Assembly: GCA_964016885.1 (NCBI GenBank)
Contig: OZ024742.1
Span: 351,974,001-352,038,000 of the forward strand
Source: Eledone cirrhosa
Lineage: Eukaryota
Length of the DNA: 64,000 nucleotides
Reading direction: 5' to 3'
Shown: piece after piece, positions 41,088 to 57,230 of the stretch
Layout of the letters: each line of letters begins with the position of its first letter
How positions within the stretch are numbered: the stretch's first letter is position 1
Translations under genes and position numbers: made by a program
The notes under the pieces: model-generated
The model's input: the letters and a program-made list of their open reading frames with translations, nothing else
The model's database searches: none
What the model was told of the DNA's origin: nothing

Positions 41088-41091
41088 GATG

Positions 41092-41128
<37 letters not shown>

Positions 41129-41194
41129 ATACTACTACTACTACTACTGCTACTACTACTACTACTACTACCATCGCACCCACTACTACTACAG

Positions 41195-41228
<34 letters not shown>

Positions 41229-41235
41229 CACCACC

Positions 41236-41267
<32 letters not shown>

Positions 41268-41289
41268 CACTACCACCACCACCACCACC

Positions 41290-41336
<47 letters not shown>

Positions 41337-41363
41337 CAATACTACTACTACTACTACTGCCAT

Positions 41364-41396
<33 letters not shown>

Positions 41397-41469
41397 CACA
41401 ACCACCACCACCACCACCACCAACACCACTACTACTACTACTCACTACTACTACTACCATTACTACTAC

Positions 41470-41511
<42 letters not shown>

Positions 41512-41514
41512 CAT

Positions 41515-41565
<51 letters not shown>

Positions 41566-41568
41566 CAT

Positions 41569-41618
<50 letters not shown>

Positions 41619-41657
41619 ATACTACTGCTGCTACTACTACTACTACTACTACTACTA
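41088..41657. repeat. (ACT)n/(ACC)n microsatellite
   Basis: Direct reading. Confidence 0.93.
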
Positions 41658-41829
41658 TTGACGGAGACAATGCTGGTGATATTGATGGTTATGTTGGTGA
41701 TAATTATGATTATGATAATAATGTGGATGATGGCGGTGGTGATGATGTTGATGAAGATGACGACGATGATATTGATGATGATGACGAAGACAATTGCGAT
41801 GTTGCAAGTTTGGTGCAAATAGAAAGCCG

Positions 41830-42500
41830 GTTATCCTGACTTCAGTAGGTTGCTCGTAATTTATTGTAATCTTCCCCCAAAATATGAAAGTCAATCGTGA
41901 CATCTGTGGGATTTAAACCATCATATACAGAGCCGGAACGAATAACGAAAATCACAACATCCGGGCCTCTCACCATTTTACCAATCCAATAATAATTGTT
42001 TCGATTTTTGGCACAGGGCCAGCAATTATCCCAGTGTATTACTGGTACTTTATTTTATCCAACCCGTAAGGATGAAAGGCGAAGTTAACCTCGGCAGGAT
42101 TTGAACTCAAACCATAGTGGGCCGTAACTTTTGGGATGTGTTATGCTTTAGGCACAAGTCCAATAATTTTAGGGGAGTGGAAAGTCGATTAACTCGACCC
42201 TACTCCATTACTGGTACTTTATGTTATCGACACCGTAATGATGAAAGGTGAAGCTAACATTGGTGGTATTCGAAATCGACCCGTAAAGGACCGTAACGCT
42301 ATGCTTCATGGTTTCCGTCGTTCTACCGATTCTGCTAATCCAATGATAACAATAATACTCGTTTCTGATGTAGGTAAAAGGTCTGTATTTTTAGGGAGGG
42401 GAATATCGGTTAAATCAACTACATTTCAACCCCGTACGAATGAAAGACAAATCTAACACCGGAAGGGTTTGAACCCAGAACCTAAAGTGGTTTTTACTCT
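41830..42500 (-). mobile_element. Cluster of 3-4 same-orientation SINE copies
   Basis: Repeated ggcaca(g/a)g tail / actggtacttta core / atttgaactc B-box at ~41995-42130 and ~42145-42342, with degenerate copies on either side. Confidence 0.75.
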
Positions 42501-42671
42501 ATTTTTCTTTTCTTTAGGAAACAAAGCCACAGCGATCTGACGCAAAATGATTTGTTATATAGATTCACATTCGTCTTCAAGTATATTTATGTCCAAGATA
42601 ATTACAGCTATGACAACCTGGCCATGATTTAGATGGAAATGATCGAAAACTAGCCTATACAATGAATCCAT

Positions 42672-42900
42672 TTAACCCCTTAACATTTACATTACTCTAT
42701 ATATAATATTGTATGTTTGTGGTAAAGGTTTTATCTTACATAATTATCTCACATAATATCGGATCTATGAGATTTTGATATTATTTATTTTGATGACAAT
42801 ACCTTAACATCAGTACAAGTGGTCAGTTAGGGCTGGTTTGAACAGAAAGAAGTGAGAGAATGCTGGCCGTATATGGCCAGTTTAACTACTAAAGGGTTAA
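42672..42900. mobile_element. piggyBac-type MITE (second copy)
   Basis: TTAA-CCCCTTAACATTT ... TACTAAAGGG-TTAA; internally homologous to 7411-7594. Confidence 0.75.
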
Positions 42901-43868
42901 GATGTGTTTCATACATATGGCATTGTGGAAAGGACTGGGAATAGAAACATTTTTTTTAAAATATTGATGGAATTAGTTTAAAACCCACCCAATGATCTTA
43001 GTGGCATTGACTACATCTTGATTTTGATGGCGTCGACGAAGATGATAATTGTGATAATAAAATAGGAAAGGGGAATGATGAAGAGGATGAGCATGGGGAG
43101 GAGAAGCAATGGGGGTGGAGGGGGAGCAGAAGAAGAAAGAGTAGGTGGAGAGAGAATTGGAGATGAAAAAATATAGGAGAAAGAAAAGAAAAAGATAACA
43201 TGTAAAGACCCAACGAACGTATTGACGTCATGGAAACTGGTCAGATTAAACAATGACAGTAACTTTACGTAGAACTAAATAAGAGGACCTTGGAAAAAAT
43301 AATATAGAAGACACGAAACTAAATGCAATAAAGGATGTCACCAATACAAGGAAGAACAAGAGTGGTATATACATCTTCAAACACATACAGAGATTTACAG
43401 TTACACATAGAAAGAAAAACACATTGATCCCTTCTAACAATAACCTACATTAACCTACAGCTAGAATGGACCCTTTTAGCAAGACATCTAGCGTATGTTA
43501 CGTTGAGATAATTGAATAATGGAGAAGTTAATGAAATATGCCAGAGGTTCAATATAATTATAACTCAACTAAAACAAAATATGTAATTTAGAAAATGTAT
43601 GAATATATAACGCAAATTATCTCTATATATATATATATGTGTATGTCCATACGCACACACACACATATTTCATTTAGCATGAAAAATAAAAATAAAAATT
43701 CCATACATATATATATATATATTAAAATATTTATTGCCTAAGATATTTGATTCACAGAAATTCAGAGTGACTGGAAGTTTCGTCAGCAATAGCTCGTTGG
43801 AGTGCCTGCTGAGTCAATGCCGATGAATGCACTATGCCACAATAAGCATGTGTATGAATACATATGCA

Positions 43869-43928
<60 letters not shown>

Positions 43929-44012
43929 TGTGTCTGTGTGTGTGTGTGTGTGAGTGTGTGTGTATATGTATATATATATATGTATATATATATATGTATA
44001 TATATATATATG

Positions 44013-44045
<33 letters not shown>

Positions 44046-44049
<4 letters not shown>

Positions 44050-44166
44050 TTATACTTTGGGAGGGTCATGTTGTCAATAAGAAACACACGCACCAACTGC
44101 TTTCACTTCAGTTTATTATAATAAATTTCTTATTGGCAACATAACCCCCCCCAAAGTATAACAATA
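44046..44166. repeat. Short inverted repeat next to (TA)n
   Basis: attgttatactttgggagggtcatgttgtcaataagaaa / tttcttattggcaacataaccccccaaagtataacaat; related sequence at ~62134-62165. Confidence 0.7.
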
Positions 44167-44219
44167 TAGGTTTCAACACACGTTTTCAGATAAAGAATCT
44201 TGCTAAACAAATCCAGAAA

Positions 44220-44258
<39 letters not shown>

Positions 44259-44366
44259 AAGATGGAACGGGAACAAAACAGTGAGGCAGTACGGACAAAG
44301 GTTTATTAGATTCACGCTCTTGAGTGTGGGGGGAGGGGAGAATATATATATATATATATATATGAA

Positions 44367-44922
44367 ATATTAAACAAATAATGAATAAAACAATGAAACA
44401 GTTCCTTATATTAAACAAAAACAGTTCATTATTTAACGATCGTTTCTAGGATATATATGTGTTAGAATTGGCATGCATATTCAACAGATCTATGTACAAA
44501 ATTATACAAAATTATACAAACTATCAAGATTAAATATACATACCAACACATATATACGCCGTCTTCAGAAATAATTATTTCTGAAGACGGCGTATATATG
44601 TGTTGGTATGTATATTTAATCTTGATAGTTTGTATAATTTTGTATAATTTTGTACATAGATCTGTTGAATATGCATGCCAATTCTAACACATATATATCC
44701 TAGAAACGATCGTTAAATAATGAACTTTTTTTGTTTAATATAAGGAACTGTTTCATTGTTTTATTCATTATTTGTTTAATATGTTATCTTGACTCTGTAT
44801 ACCGTTTATCTTTCACCGAAAGTGATTTTTCATTACATCTCTTCTTTCCATGATATCCGGAATACATTGAGTTCTTCATACGGATTGGATACTACCGTAA
44901 ACTCTTGGTAGATTTATCTACA
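44367..44922. mobile_element. Penelope-like pLTR with near-perfect spacer-less palindrome 44367-44782
   Basis: Axis between 44574 and 44575 (gaaataa|ttatttc); ~207 bp arms with one visible mismatch; flanked by (TA)n. Confidence 0.8.
44574..44721 (+). ncRNA. Complete type I hammerhead with extended stem II (mirror copy on - strand ~44428-44575)
   Basis: Stem I ATTATTT/AAATAAT (7 bp); CTGAAGA 44581-87; stem II cggcgtatatatgtgttgg/ctaacacatatatatccta (17 of 19 paired, incl. G.U); GAAA 44703; palindromic stem III ACGATCGT; GUU site. Confidence 0.72.
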
Positions 44923-44947
44923 TATATATATATATATATATATACAG

Positions 44948-45303
44948 CCACTACAGGAATTGAAGATTCAAGACATTAGTCGTCGTACATCCAATCTTTT
45001 ATCTGATGAAAACCTACTGAAACACCACTGTACGTTTGAAATGCGTATAATAAAATATATACTGTGTGTGTGTGGATGTGTATGTGTGTGTGTCTGTTTG
45101 TGTGTATGTGTGTGTAGGAACTCCTTTCGATTCCGATGAGGAAACTTTCCAGATCCCCGGGGAGATTAAGACTGACACAGAATGTGACAAGGCAGACCCT
45201 TCGAATTACTGGTACATCAAATTTTTGGGAACTGTGTGGACTGGAGCCCCCCAAAATGAATTATCTTCCACAAGACACACCGACTGTTAGCCGAATACTT
45301 TAA
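44948..45303 (+). other. Two exon-like unique segments (44948-45029; 45118-45303)
   Basis: tacag|PLQELKIQDISRRTSNLLSDENLLKHH|gtacgt and gtag|ELLSIPMRKL..FWELCGLEPPKMNYLPQDTPTVSRIL*; no homology recognised. Confidence 0.25.
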
Positions 45304-45513
45304 GCACAAAGCCACATGATTTCACAACAGATAATGATAATGCATTATCATGATGATAATGATGATTATTATGTGGAGAATAAAGCAATGTTAGAAATCC
45401 CATTTATCGCAACACATCCTTTTATTCAATGTAAATCACCCGCTGTAGGTTGGTTTTGTAAGTACAGCGCTTTGTTCCCTACCTAACGACTTGGCCTTCT
45501 GGGACGATAACAT

Positions 45514-47179
<1,666 letters not shown>

Positions 47180-47180
47180 A

Positions 47181-47631
47181 TTGCATTTATCTTGCTTTAT
47201 GTTCATACGAATTATCACCAAGTCACAACCAGTGACCTCAAGAGACAACAAGGTCCGCCATATTCAAGAAAGAACATACAAACACACACATGCATTTTTA
47301 GGTATTTAGACTTGTGATGTACTTATATTGACTGAATCTTCCTTCGTACATATGCAGTCCCCATTAGTACAATCTTTTGTATTTCTCCTATACGCGGGTT
47401 TCCTGGGATTTGCGATAAGTAATCATTAGATCCCTTAGGTATCATTCCTAGAGCGCCTACAACCACTGGTATTGTTTTAGTTCTCAATTTCCACATCTTT
47501 CCACTTTCTATCTCCAGGTCCTAATAGTTGCACAATTTTTCAAATGTTTTCATAGATACATTCTTGTCTATTGGAACGGACATATCAATTAGCAGGCATG
47601 CCCTCTTTTTAAAGTCCTTCAGTATTATATC
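47181..47631 (-). mobile_element. R4/Dong copy 2 (3' fragment)
   Basis: Same 3' UTR ending aagataaatgcaa+(TAA)n; DIILKDFKKRACLLIDMSVP. Confidence 0.9.
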
Positions 47632-47659
47632 TGTATTATTGTTATTATTATTATTACAG

Positions 47660-48384
47660 TTGCATTTATCTTGCTTTATGTTCATACGAGTTATCACCAA
47701 GTCACAACCAGTGACCTCAAGAGACAACAAGGTCCGCCATGTTCAAGAAAGAACATACATACTCACACATGCATCTATAGTGTTTAGACTTGTGATGTAC
47801 TTATATTGACAGAATCTTCCTTAGTATATGGGCAGTTCCCATTAGTACTATCTTTTGTATTTCTCCTATACGCGAGTTTCCTGGGATTTGCGATAAGTAA
47901 TCAGTAGACCCCTTAGGTATCATTCCCAGAGCGCCTACAACCACTGGTATTGTTTTAGTTCTCAATTTCCACATTTTTCCAATTTCTATCTCCAGGTCCC
48001 TAAACTTGCTCAATTTTTCGAATGTTTTTATAGATACATTCTTGTCTATTGGAACAGACATATCAATTAGCAGGCATACCCTCTTTTTGAAGTCCTTCAA
48101 TATTATATCAGGTCTATTTGCATCTATTTTTCGGTCTGTTTGGATGCTAAAGTTCCACAAGATTGAGATGTGATCTTTTTCAAGTATGGGAGGTGGTTGA
48201 TGCTCCCACCAATTCTTTTGATGGGGCAGGTCAAAATACTTACACATTACATTATCCAATCTATGTATTGTGCAGCTCTGTCATGCCTGTTTAGGTATTC
48301 GGTTGGAGCTATAGGACTGCACATTGAAATTATATGGTCAATGGTCTCTGGTTGTTTTTTGCATACACGGCATAATGGGCTGCA
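47660..48384 (-). mobile_element. R4/Dong copy 3 (3' fragment)
   Basis: ORF 47801..48259 nearly identical to the copy 1 RLE domain; same 3' UTR; (TAA)n at both ends. Confidence 0.92.
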
Positions 48385-48405
48385 TCTTATTATTATTATT
48401 ATTAC

Positions 48406-48481
<76 letters not shown>

Positions 48482-48484
<3 letters not shown>

Positions 48485-49062
48485 TCGGCGTTCTATAGAG
48501 GATTAGTGGAGGGGAAGAGCGACGACGTACTTGGGAAATTCTAGGCGTCGACGATAATCAACTAGCCAATCTCTTCGGAAGAACTTTCGGGCCGGGGCCT
48601 ATGGACAACTTCCAGAAATCGCTGGCCTGGCAGTGCTACCGAGGAGCCTTGCCAGTTCGGGATAAACTCTACAGGCATGGAGGTGCCGTCAGCCGGGCAT
48701 GTCCGAGATGCGTGCAGTGCGACAAACCCGTCCTGCACGCACTCGTCCAGTGTCCGAGTGAATGGTCCTACTCTGAGTATGTGTCTGTAAATTAAAGGTG
48801 GAAAACTGGGAGAGGGTACTTGCACTGGTGGTCAGGGTCACTGTGGCCTTTTAATGGGCTTTCTCCACAAATGTCCCTCCGAAGTCTCCCCCCTATTGGG
48901 GAATTTGTCATTGTTATTTTTTATTACATCCACTGTTTTTGTTTTTTACACGTAGAAATGCCCATTTGTACCGTCCTGTATTGTCCTGTATAGTCCTGTA
49001 CTGTCCTTAATGTCTACTTTATGTAAACCCTTGTTGTTAATAAAGAAAGCATTATTATTATT
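48482..49062 (+). mobile_element. L1/Tx1-clade 3' fragment, copy 2 (internally deleted)
   Basis: MDNFQKSLAWQCYRGALPVRDKLYRHGGAVSRACPRCVQCDKPVLHALVQCP; AATAAA, then (ATT)n tail; preceded by (ATT)n. Confidence 0.85.
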
Positions 49063-49692
49063 TAGCCCCAGGTATTTACAGTATTTTACTAACCGTTTAT
49101 TGTATATTTCAATGACTCTTTTTAGCAAATAAATGAAATCATTACGATTATCATGACCACCATCAACATCACCATCATTATCAACATCATCAACAGAATC
49201 ATCATCATCATCGTCAATATGTTTGTCTATATTAATAATATATTTATTGTTCTATATATTTATTCTTATGTTGCTAAAATAAGTACCACGCAGTCTTACA
49301 TCGTGTTGTTAAAGATACGACTGTTTCCTATCAGCAGTTTCAACAGCTTTCATCATAGCAATATCTCTAATTTAAATAATATTTCAATAACTGATGTCTT
49401 TTTAGTCAGGCACCAGATAACCCGATTCTCCCCAAAATACCCGGCTTCAAAATATGGCAACCCTTAACAAACTTGGATCATATGTTGGGTTGCATTAATA
49501 CGATACATATAATATATATAGGAATATATATATATATATAGAGTTATAAACTGAAATAGTCTTTTACAATTAAAAGAGACAGGCAAACCGTATTATTTTA
49601 ATGAGTATTTTTCAATCTAGCTAACTTGGTCATTTGCAATGTAAACACATGTATACTTGTATCAGTGTTTATCCCTATCATATATTCATTTG

Positions 49693-49769
<77 letters not shown>

Positions 49770-49936
49770 TTGTATGTGTGTGTGTGTGTATGTGTGTATG
49801 TGTGTGTGTATGAGTGTGTATATATATTTTCTTGATTTTCTGATATATTTCCCTTTATTTGTTGTTGTTGAAGCCAGAGCAATTTCCTTTTTGTTTTGTT
49901 CACAAAGACATGCGCCCTTTTCACCATTCACATAAA

Positions 49937-50216
49937 TCATCATTGTCGTCATCGCTGTCATCATCACCATCGTCATGATCGTCATCATCACGATCGTCAT
50001 CATCATCATCATCAACATCATCATCATCACCATCGTCCTTATCATCATCATCAATATCATCATCAATGATTGATATATATCATTACCCGCATCATCATCA
50101 CCATCATATTCATCATCGTTATCATCACCATCATCATCATTATCATCATCATCATCATCACCATCGCCATCATCATCATCGTCACCATCACCATCACCAT
50201 CATCATCATCAACATC

Positions 50217-50247
<31 letters not shown>

Positions 50248-50730
50248 ACATCATCACCATCATCATCATCACCACCATCATCATCACCATCATCATCATC
50301 ATTATCGTCACCATCATTACCATCAACATCATCACCACATCTATCAACAGACATCATCACCTATTAACATCATTATCGTAAGCTATCAATATCGTCATCA
50401 CAATCAACGTCATTCTCCTTCTCATTATCTTCATCATCATCACTCTCATCAGCATCATTAACTTCCTCCTCATCATCATCTCTGCGATCATCATCATCAC
50501 TATAACAGCATCATTAACTTCCTCCTCCTCACCATCATCATCATCTCTGCGATCATCATCATCACTATCATCAGCATCAACACAATAACCAGTTTTTTCC
50601 TTAACTATTATATGAAAACTTAATGTTGTTGGCATTAAGACCAGCATCATCATCATCGGCATGATCATCGTCAACATCATCATCATCGACGTCGTCGTCA
50701 TTATCATCATCATCATCATCATCATCATTT
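49937..50730. repeat. (CAT)n degenerate microsatellite
   Basis: Direct reading; poly-D/H/M ORFs. Confidence 0.92.
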
Positions 50731-51399
50731 AGTTTTATACTACTATATCTAATATACATTAAAGTCGATAGAGCCTCGGAGGTGAAATGTGGAGAGCTGT
50801 TTTCTAACACCTGTAATTCCACAGCCAAATCTTTCTCAGATCAAATTTACCTTTCCTTGTTCTTCAGGTGATAACAATACTCAACGAACCATGCACCCAT
50901 AATAACTATTATTGTGCCTATAAAATATGGCGGGGTAGGGTATGGCCCAACTAGATGCTAGCTTGATATAAGCTTTAATGTATTTGTTTCAATTTATTTT
51001 TCCGTCCTGTGGTCACATTTTACAGAGGTCATCTCTCCTTTTGATCTATCCCAGGTCCGTTATATACTGTACAAGTAAAGCAGTTACACTAATAGAAAGA
51101 GATTAACCCTTCCAGTAAAATGCTTGGCTCTGGACCCATGTAAAGAAGTTGCTATTAATATCAAGGAAACCGGCCATAGATTGGTAGATAGTTAGAGGGC
51201 CAGAGAAGATAGTTAATGATTTTTATCATACGCGCTAGATTTTGAGTTCAAGTCCCAGGGAAAGCAACTTTTTCCTTTCGTTGATCTGGGGCCGATGAAT
51301 TATAATATTAATGAACGTAATCAGCCAAATATTAGACCCAAACTTTGTGTCCTTGTTCTTAAAACTGTTAAATTGCAGGACAAAATTAATTGAAACTGG

Positions 51400-51610
51400 T
51401 GGGTGAACTAATGGTAACGTTGCGATGATAATGTCGTAGGTTCGATTCCTAGGCTAGGTTATGTGTTGTGTTCTTGAGCAAAACACTACAATTCACGTTA
51501 CTCAGTATAATAAGCTTAAACTGAGTACCAGTAATAGCTGGGGGTTAAGACTGGCGTCCTATCCATGAAACCGGGATGAGCAACGGCCTGAAGAGCCTAT
51601 TAGTTTGATC
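51400..51610 (+). mobile_element. Second, older tRNA-derived SINE family
   Basis: B-box GGTTCGATTCC followed by gtgttgtgttcttgagcaaaacact..gagtaccag; related minus-strand fragment at ~62495-62590. Confidence 0.55.
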
Positions 51611-52252
51611 CGGACTTTAGACAAGTCTTAGAGGTCAATTTGCATATCACATTTCCGGGTCCATAAACTTAATTTCCAATTAGTTATTGGCGTTGATTCG
51701 ATCACCTTAGGCTACCTAGACTCGCTTGTGGTTAGATTTAATATCTATATTTAGTTATGTAACATCTACTACGGGGATCCATTCTGAACATTACTTTCCA
51801 TTTATCATGATGATGTCAATAAAATAAGGTTCATGTAATTAAACATTTGTACTGCTAATTAAACAGGACATACAACAAGTATCATAGATTCTCCCCAAAG
51901 TGAGAAAACAATACAATTATTATTTGTATTATCATGAGTATCAGTGATGTTTATAAACGTCCCAGAAACCTTATGGAATATTCTACTGACACAATCCATG
52001 AAAGTTTTCTCTATCTGTACACTGGAGCTAACAGTAAGGCCTATGTATATCTTGGTATATGTGGATGTGCCGAGCACATGTCTGATTGAGCATTTTGTCT
52101 GTAGATTTATTAAAGCGCCGCACACGCAAATATAAATGTAAATATATGCATGCATCTATCAATCAAAGTCTCTCTCACAGTCTGTCCATCTGCCTGTTTC
52201 TCTCTCACTCTCCCTCTCCCTCTATCTCTCTCCCTGTCTGTCTCTCATCTGT

Positions 52253-52310
<58 letters not shown>

Positions 52311-52315
52311 TGTAT

Positions 52316-52528
52316 ATAACAAAGAATGTGTGGTAAGAAATCAGGTTGACCTTAACGGACCTTAACGCTCCAGAGTACTCAATACGTAGGGTATTAGAGT
52401 GAGTAATATGAACAAATTCAGGACCCTGTCGGCTGAGCTCCGGTCGTTTCGAGGGCGAGATCCGTATGCGTTCGGATCTAGCTGTCGAAGCGGCCGGAGC
52501 TCAGCCGTCGGGTCCTGAATGTTTTCAT
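52316..52528. mobile_element. 'AGGAACCAG' family copy with fold-back
   Basis: ttcaggaccctgtcggctgagctccggtcgtttcga..gatccg/cggatc..tcgaagcggccggagctcagccgtcgggtcctgaa. Confidence 0.72.
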
Positions 52529-52547
52529 ATATATATATATATTCATA

Positions 52548-52712
52548 TACAATATATTAACAAATGGAAACTATATTTATAAAACCATATTTATTTCATT
52601 ATACATATTTCAATGGCCACCAGAACAAACTATGGTGCGCTTTCATCAGAGAAAATATAATATAGGTTAGTTTTATAAATAAATATTGACATACCATTTG
52701 TTAATATATTGT
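52548..52712 (-). mobile_element. Small inverted element with degenerate HHR
   Basis: Minus strand CTGATGA-aagcgcacca..tggtggccatt-GAAA-TAT-GTA; flanked by inverted acaatatattaacaaatgg/ccatttgttaatatattgt. Confidence 0.4.
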
Positions 52713-52809
52713 ATATTTACTCCAATAATTTGATGAGTGCTTTATATCAGTTATAAAAATATTTTGTTTCTTGTATCCCAACAGATTAAATATAACCTCT
52801 ACATATATA

Positions 52810-52964
<155 letters not shown>

Positions 52965-52965
52965 T

Positions 52966-53049
<84 letters not shown>

Positions 53050-53128
53050 CATAGAGAGAGAGAAAGAGAGAGAGGGCGTGCGTGAGAGAGAGAGAGAGAG
53101 AGGGAGAGAGAGAGAGAGAGACAGAGAA

Positions 53129-53209
<81 letters not shown>

Positions 53210-53409
53210 TGTACACTCATGTATATGTTTGTGTATAAGCGGGTGTATAAGAATATGTTATGTATGTGTTTAGAACTGGTGTTTGAATACGAGTTTCTGC
53301 ACGCGTGTATATTATTATACACCCACCCCTTTCATTTGATGTAGAATTTCTGGAAAGTGTACATTATACGTCAATATAGAGGGAGACGAGATCAGACTAC
53401 TATATGGGT

Positions 53410-53730
53410 ATACATAAACACACAAGCATATATACATACAACTATATATATATATGTATACACACACACACACACATATACATACAAATATACATATATA
53501 TGCATACACACATACACACACATATATACATACACATACACATATATATGTATACACACACACACATATATACATACAAATATACATATATATGTATACA
53601 CACACACAAGCATATATACATACAAATATACATATATATGTATACACACACACACATATATATACATACAAATATACATAAATGTACATACACACACACA
53701 CACATATACATATATATATATATATATATT
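53410..53730. repeat. Compound CA/TA minisatellite (~60 bp units)
   Basis: catatatacatacaaatatacatatatatgtatacacacac recurs several times. Confidence 0.75.
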
Positions 53731-53751
53731 TGTGTGTATATATAAACTGAA

Positions 53752-53804
<53 letters not shown>

Positions 53805-54009
53805 AAGTGAGTGTGTCTGGCTCGTCGTTGCGTGTGTGAGGGGCGGTGGGGGTGCGTGTGTGACCGTATACATAGCGCCGGGTGCTGACACATGTAAACT
53901 TAACGTTATTTTTTCTCTTGACATATCTTTCTATGTATCCATCTATCTATCTCTCTCTATATATATATGTATGTATGTATGCATACATTCACACACACAT
54001 ACACACACA

Positions 54010-54110
<101 letters not shown>

Positions 54111-54208
54111 TTCTTTATTAGCCACAAGGGCACAAAAGAAGGGGACAAATGCAAATGGGGAGTTTACATAAAGGTATATGAAATGATATAGATAGATAGA
54201 TACACACG

Positions 54209-54330
<122 letters not shown>

Positions 54331-54347
54331 TACATAATATTTATATG

Positions 54348-54397
<50 letters not shown>

Positions 54398-55050
54398 CGT
54401 GTGTGTGTAATATAAAAGAATTAATAACAAATATTGTGTACACTGTCCAGGTGCACTACAACTCATGAAATGTGCATGTATAGTACATAGAATATTGTAG
54501 AAATGTCATGCATGTACACTGTTTTAAATACTCCCTACTATATTCTACATATGTAATACATTATATGAAACTACTGTACGATATTTCGGTATATTACAAT
54601 ATGAATAAATATATTTATATATACACGTATGGAAGTGATTACAACAATAAGGTAATAACAATAATAAAGATAATAATAGCAACAATATTAAGGAGTGCAA
54701 TGTTGTGGCACTTACCTGTATAATTTGTTAGGAGTCTGACATCCGGTAAAACTGTCAGTCCGAAGCAGTATAGTTGAGTGTTTTATTTAAGATATTTAGT
54801 ACCCGAGAATGGCGTATATATAACATTTTTAGCTTTCTTCCGTGATTCAACATGTTTGAGGAAAAATGAACTTTATACTTCCAAGATTAATTCATTTTTG
54901 TTATTGTTTTGTACGTATATATGTATGTATGTGTAGCTCTCTGTAAGCATGTATGCGTGTATGCATGAAGGGATGGATGGGTGTATGTATGGTGATTCAG
55001 CGATATATATATATGTGTGTGTGTGTGTATATAAATAAACTATGTGTATT

Positions 55051-55106
<56 letters not shown>

Positions 55107-55677
55107 TATATATATATATATATAGGGGGGGGGGGGCGTATGTTGTGTGCCTCTGTATATATATTGTATCTGATGGGATGGTCTGTGAATCTGCTTGCGT
55201 ATGTATATGTTTGTATGCGTATGTATATTCGTGTATGTGTACGTATATGCGTGTATGTGTGTGTATGTCTCTGTGTAGAAGTGAACTCACAGATAACGCG
55301 ACTCTATATCCATACAAAGTAATTGATACGCGGCTGGTGCTGTATTAAGGCGTCCTCAGCTATCTGTGAGAGTGTGTGCGTCTGTGTATCACTCTTTTTA
55401 TGTGTACGTGTGTGAAAGATGTGCATAGGATTATGTGTATGCATGCGTTTTTTATGCGCGTGTTAAACACGGGTTACAAGTGTTCTTTGCATGTGTGCGC
55501 GCGCACTATGTAACGTAATATAATCTACATGGATGTATGTGTATTCTCATTCATGCATGTGTGTATGTGTGTGGATGTATGTACAAATAATTCCGTCCGT
55601 TGGTGATTAGATGTTTGTATATGTGTACTCAGCGTGTATACGTTTAATTATGTATATAGATATTTAAAAGTATGTCA

Positions 55678-55711
<34 letters not shown>

Positions 55712-56225
55712 TTAAGTGTTTATGTTTGCTAATATGGAGAATTGTTTTACGATGTATATATCTGTGTATATTAATGTATATTTATTAATATATAAATAAT
55801 ATCTCTATGTATATATGTGTATATGTATGGTTGTGTATGTTTTATTCGTGGAAACTTGTTTGTTTACTTTCTTAACAGTCACCGTATATGGATTCCTGTG
55901 TCTGTGTGTGTCTGTTGTCAGTGTGAGAGTGAATGTGGGTACGTGCAGATGTGAAAGTGTGTGTGACTGTGTGTGCTTGTTTGGGTGTGTGCATAGAGGT
56001 GCGTGGCATCGGGTACAACTTATGAAGTATCAGGTGTTACACATATCTACATGCCTCGTTTAAATATATATAAGTGTTGATAATTTTATTTATGAAACTA
56101 AGCATTTGCTTATGTCTTTCATATATATGAAATATATGTATACACTCATCTACACACATCATTGATATATGCACCCATTTCAAGCAGATTTATGCATATA
56201 TATAATCACACACACACACACACAC

Positions 56226-56285
<60 letters not shown>

Positions 56286-56553
56286 CAGTTAGGTATATAT
56301 GCACGTTAGTATGTATATGCCTGTGTGTATATTTCTTTGTATAAACATTATTATAAAGCGTCACCAATTCTTAGCGTTCGGCTACCGTATATACATATGT
56401 ATATGTATATATAAGTTTATATATATACATATATATATAAACTTATATATGTATAGGCATATAGTTAAGAAAGCGGATGATCATTGAATAAGTCTTATTT
56501 CATATGTATAATGATAAATATTGACTAACAAACTATGCTAATATAAATGTATA

Positions 56554-56585
<32 letters not shown>

Positions 56586-56603
56586 TCGTGTGTTTGTGTG
56601 TGT

Positions 56604-56634
<31 letters not shown>

Positions 56635-56807
56635 GGGGGGGGGGGGGTAATGTTTCTTTATCTAATACGTGTGTGCCAGCGTGTGTGTTTCTCTGTGTGT
56701 ATGTGTGTATGTGTGTGCGTATGTTAATTCGCGTGCAAGTGGGCCTGTGGTTGTATATTTGCGTGCGATACCCTAGGAATATATGTAGATATATGTGTGC
56801 CTGTGTT

Positions 56808-56844
<37 letters not shown>

Positions 56845-56929
56845 TATGTATATATACGTATGTGTATATGTTATCTGAATGTTATGTGTATTTATGTGTG
56901 TGTACGTTTGTGTATATCTTTGGTCAGAG

Positions 56930-56977
56930 AGATAGATATATAGATAGATAGATATCTTTCTTTATATATATATATAT

Positions 56978-57027
<50 letters not shown>

Positions 57028-57230
57028 GGATAGATAGATAGATAGATAGATAGGTAGATAGCTAGATAGATAAATATATATAGAGCGAGTGAGAGACATA
57101 TAGAGAGGTAAATAGTTAGATAGACAGAGTCATAAATAGATGGAAAAATATATGGAAAGAAAGATAGATAGATAGATATATTGTTAGATATATAGATGAA
57201 TAGATAGTTACATAGATAGATAAATAAATA
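56930..57230. repeat. (GATA)n microsatellite
   Basis: Direct reading. Confidence 0.9.

Noticed and set aside
45003-45032. CTGATGA..GAAAC..GTA hammerhead-like motif
   Set aside because: Neither stem I nor stem II can pair; likely chance.
54711-54810. Strong minus-strand donor CAG|GTAAGT as a coding exon
   Set aside because: No nearby acceptor and stops in all frames a short way upstream; at most a non-coding exon.
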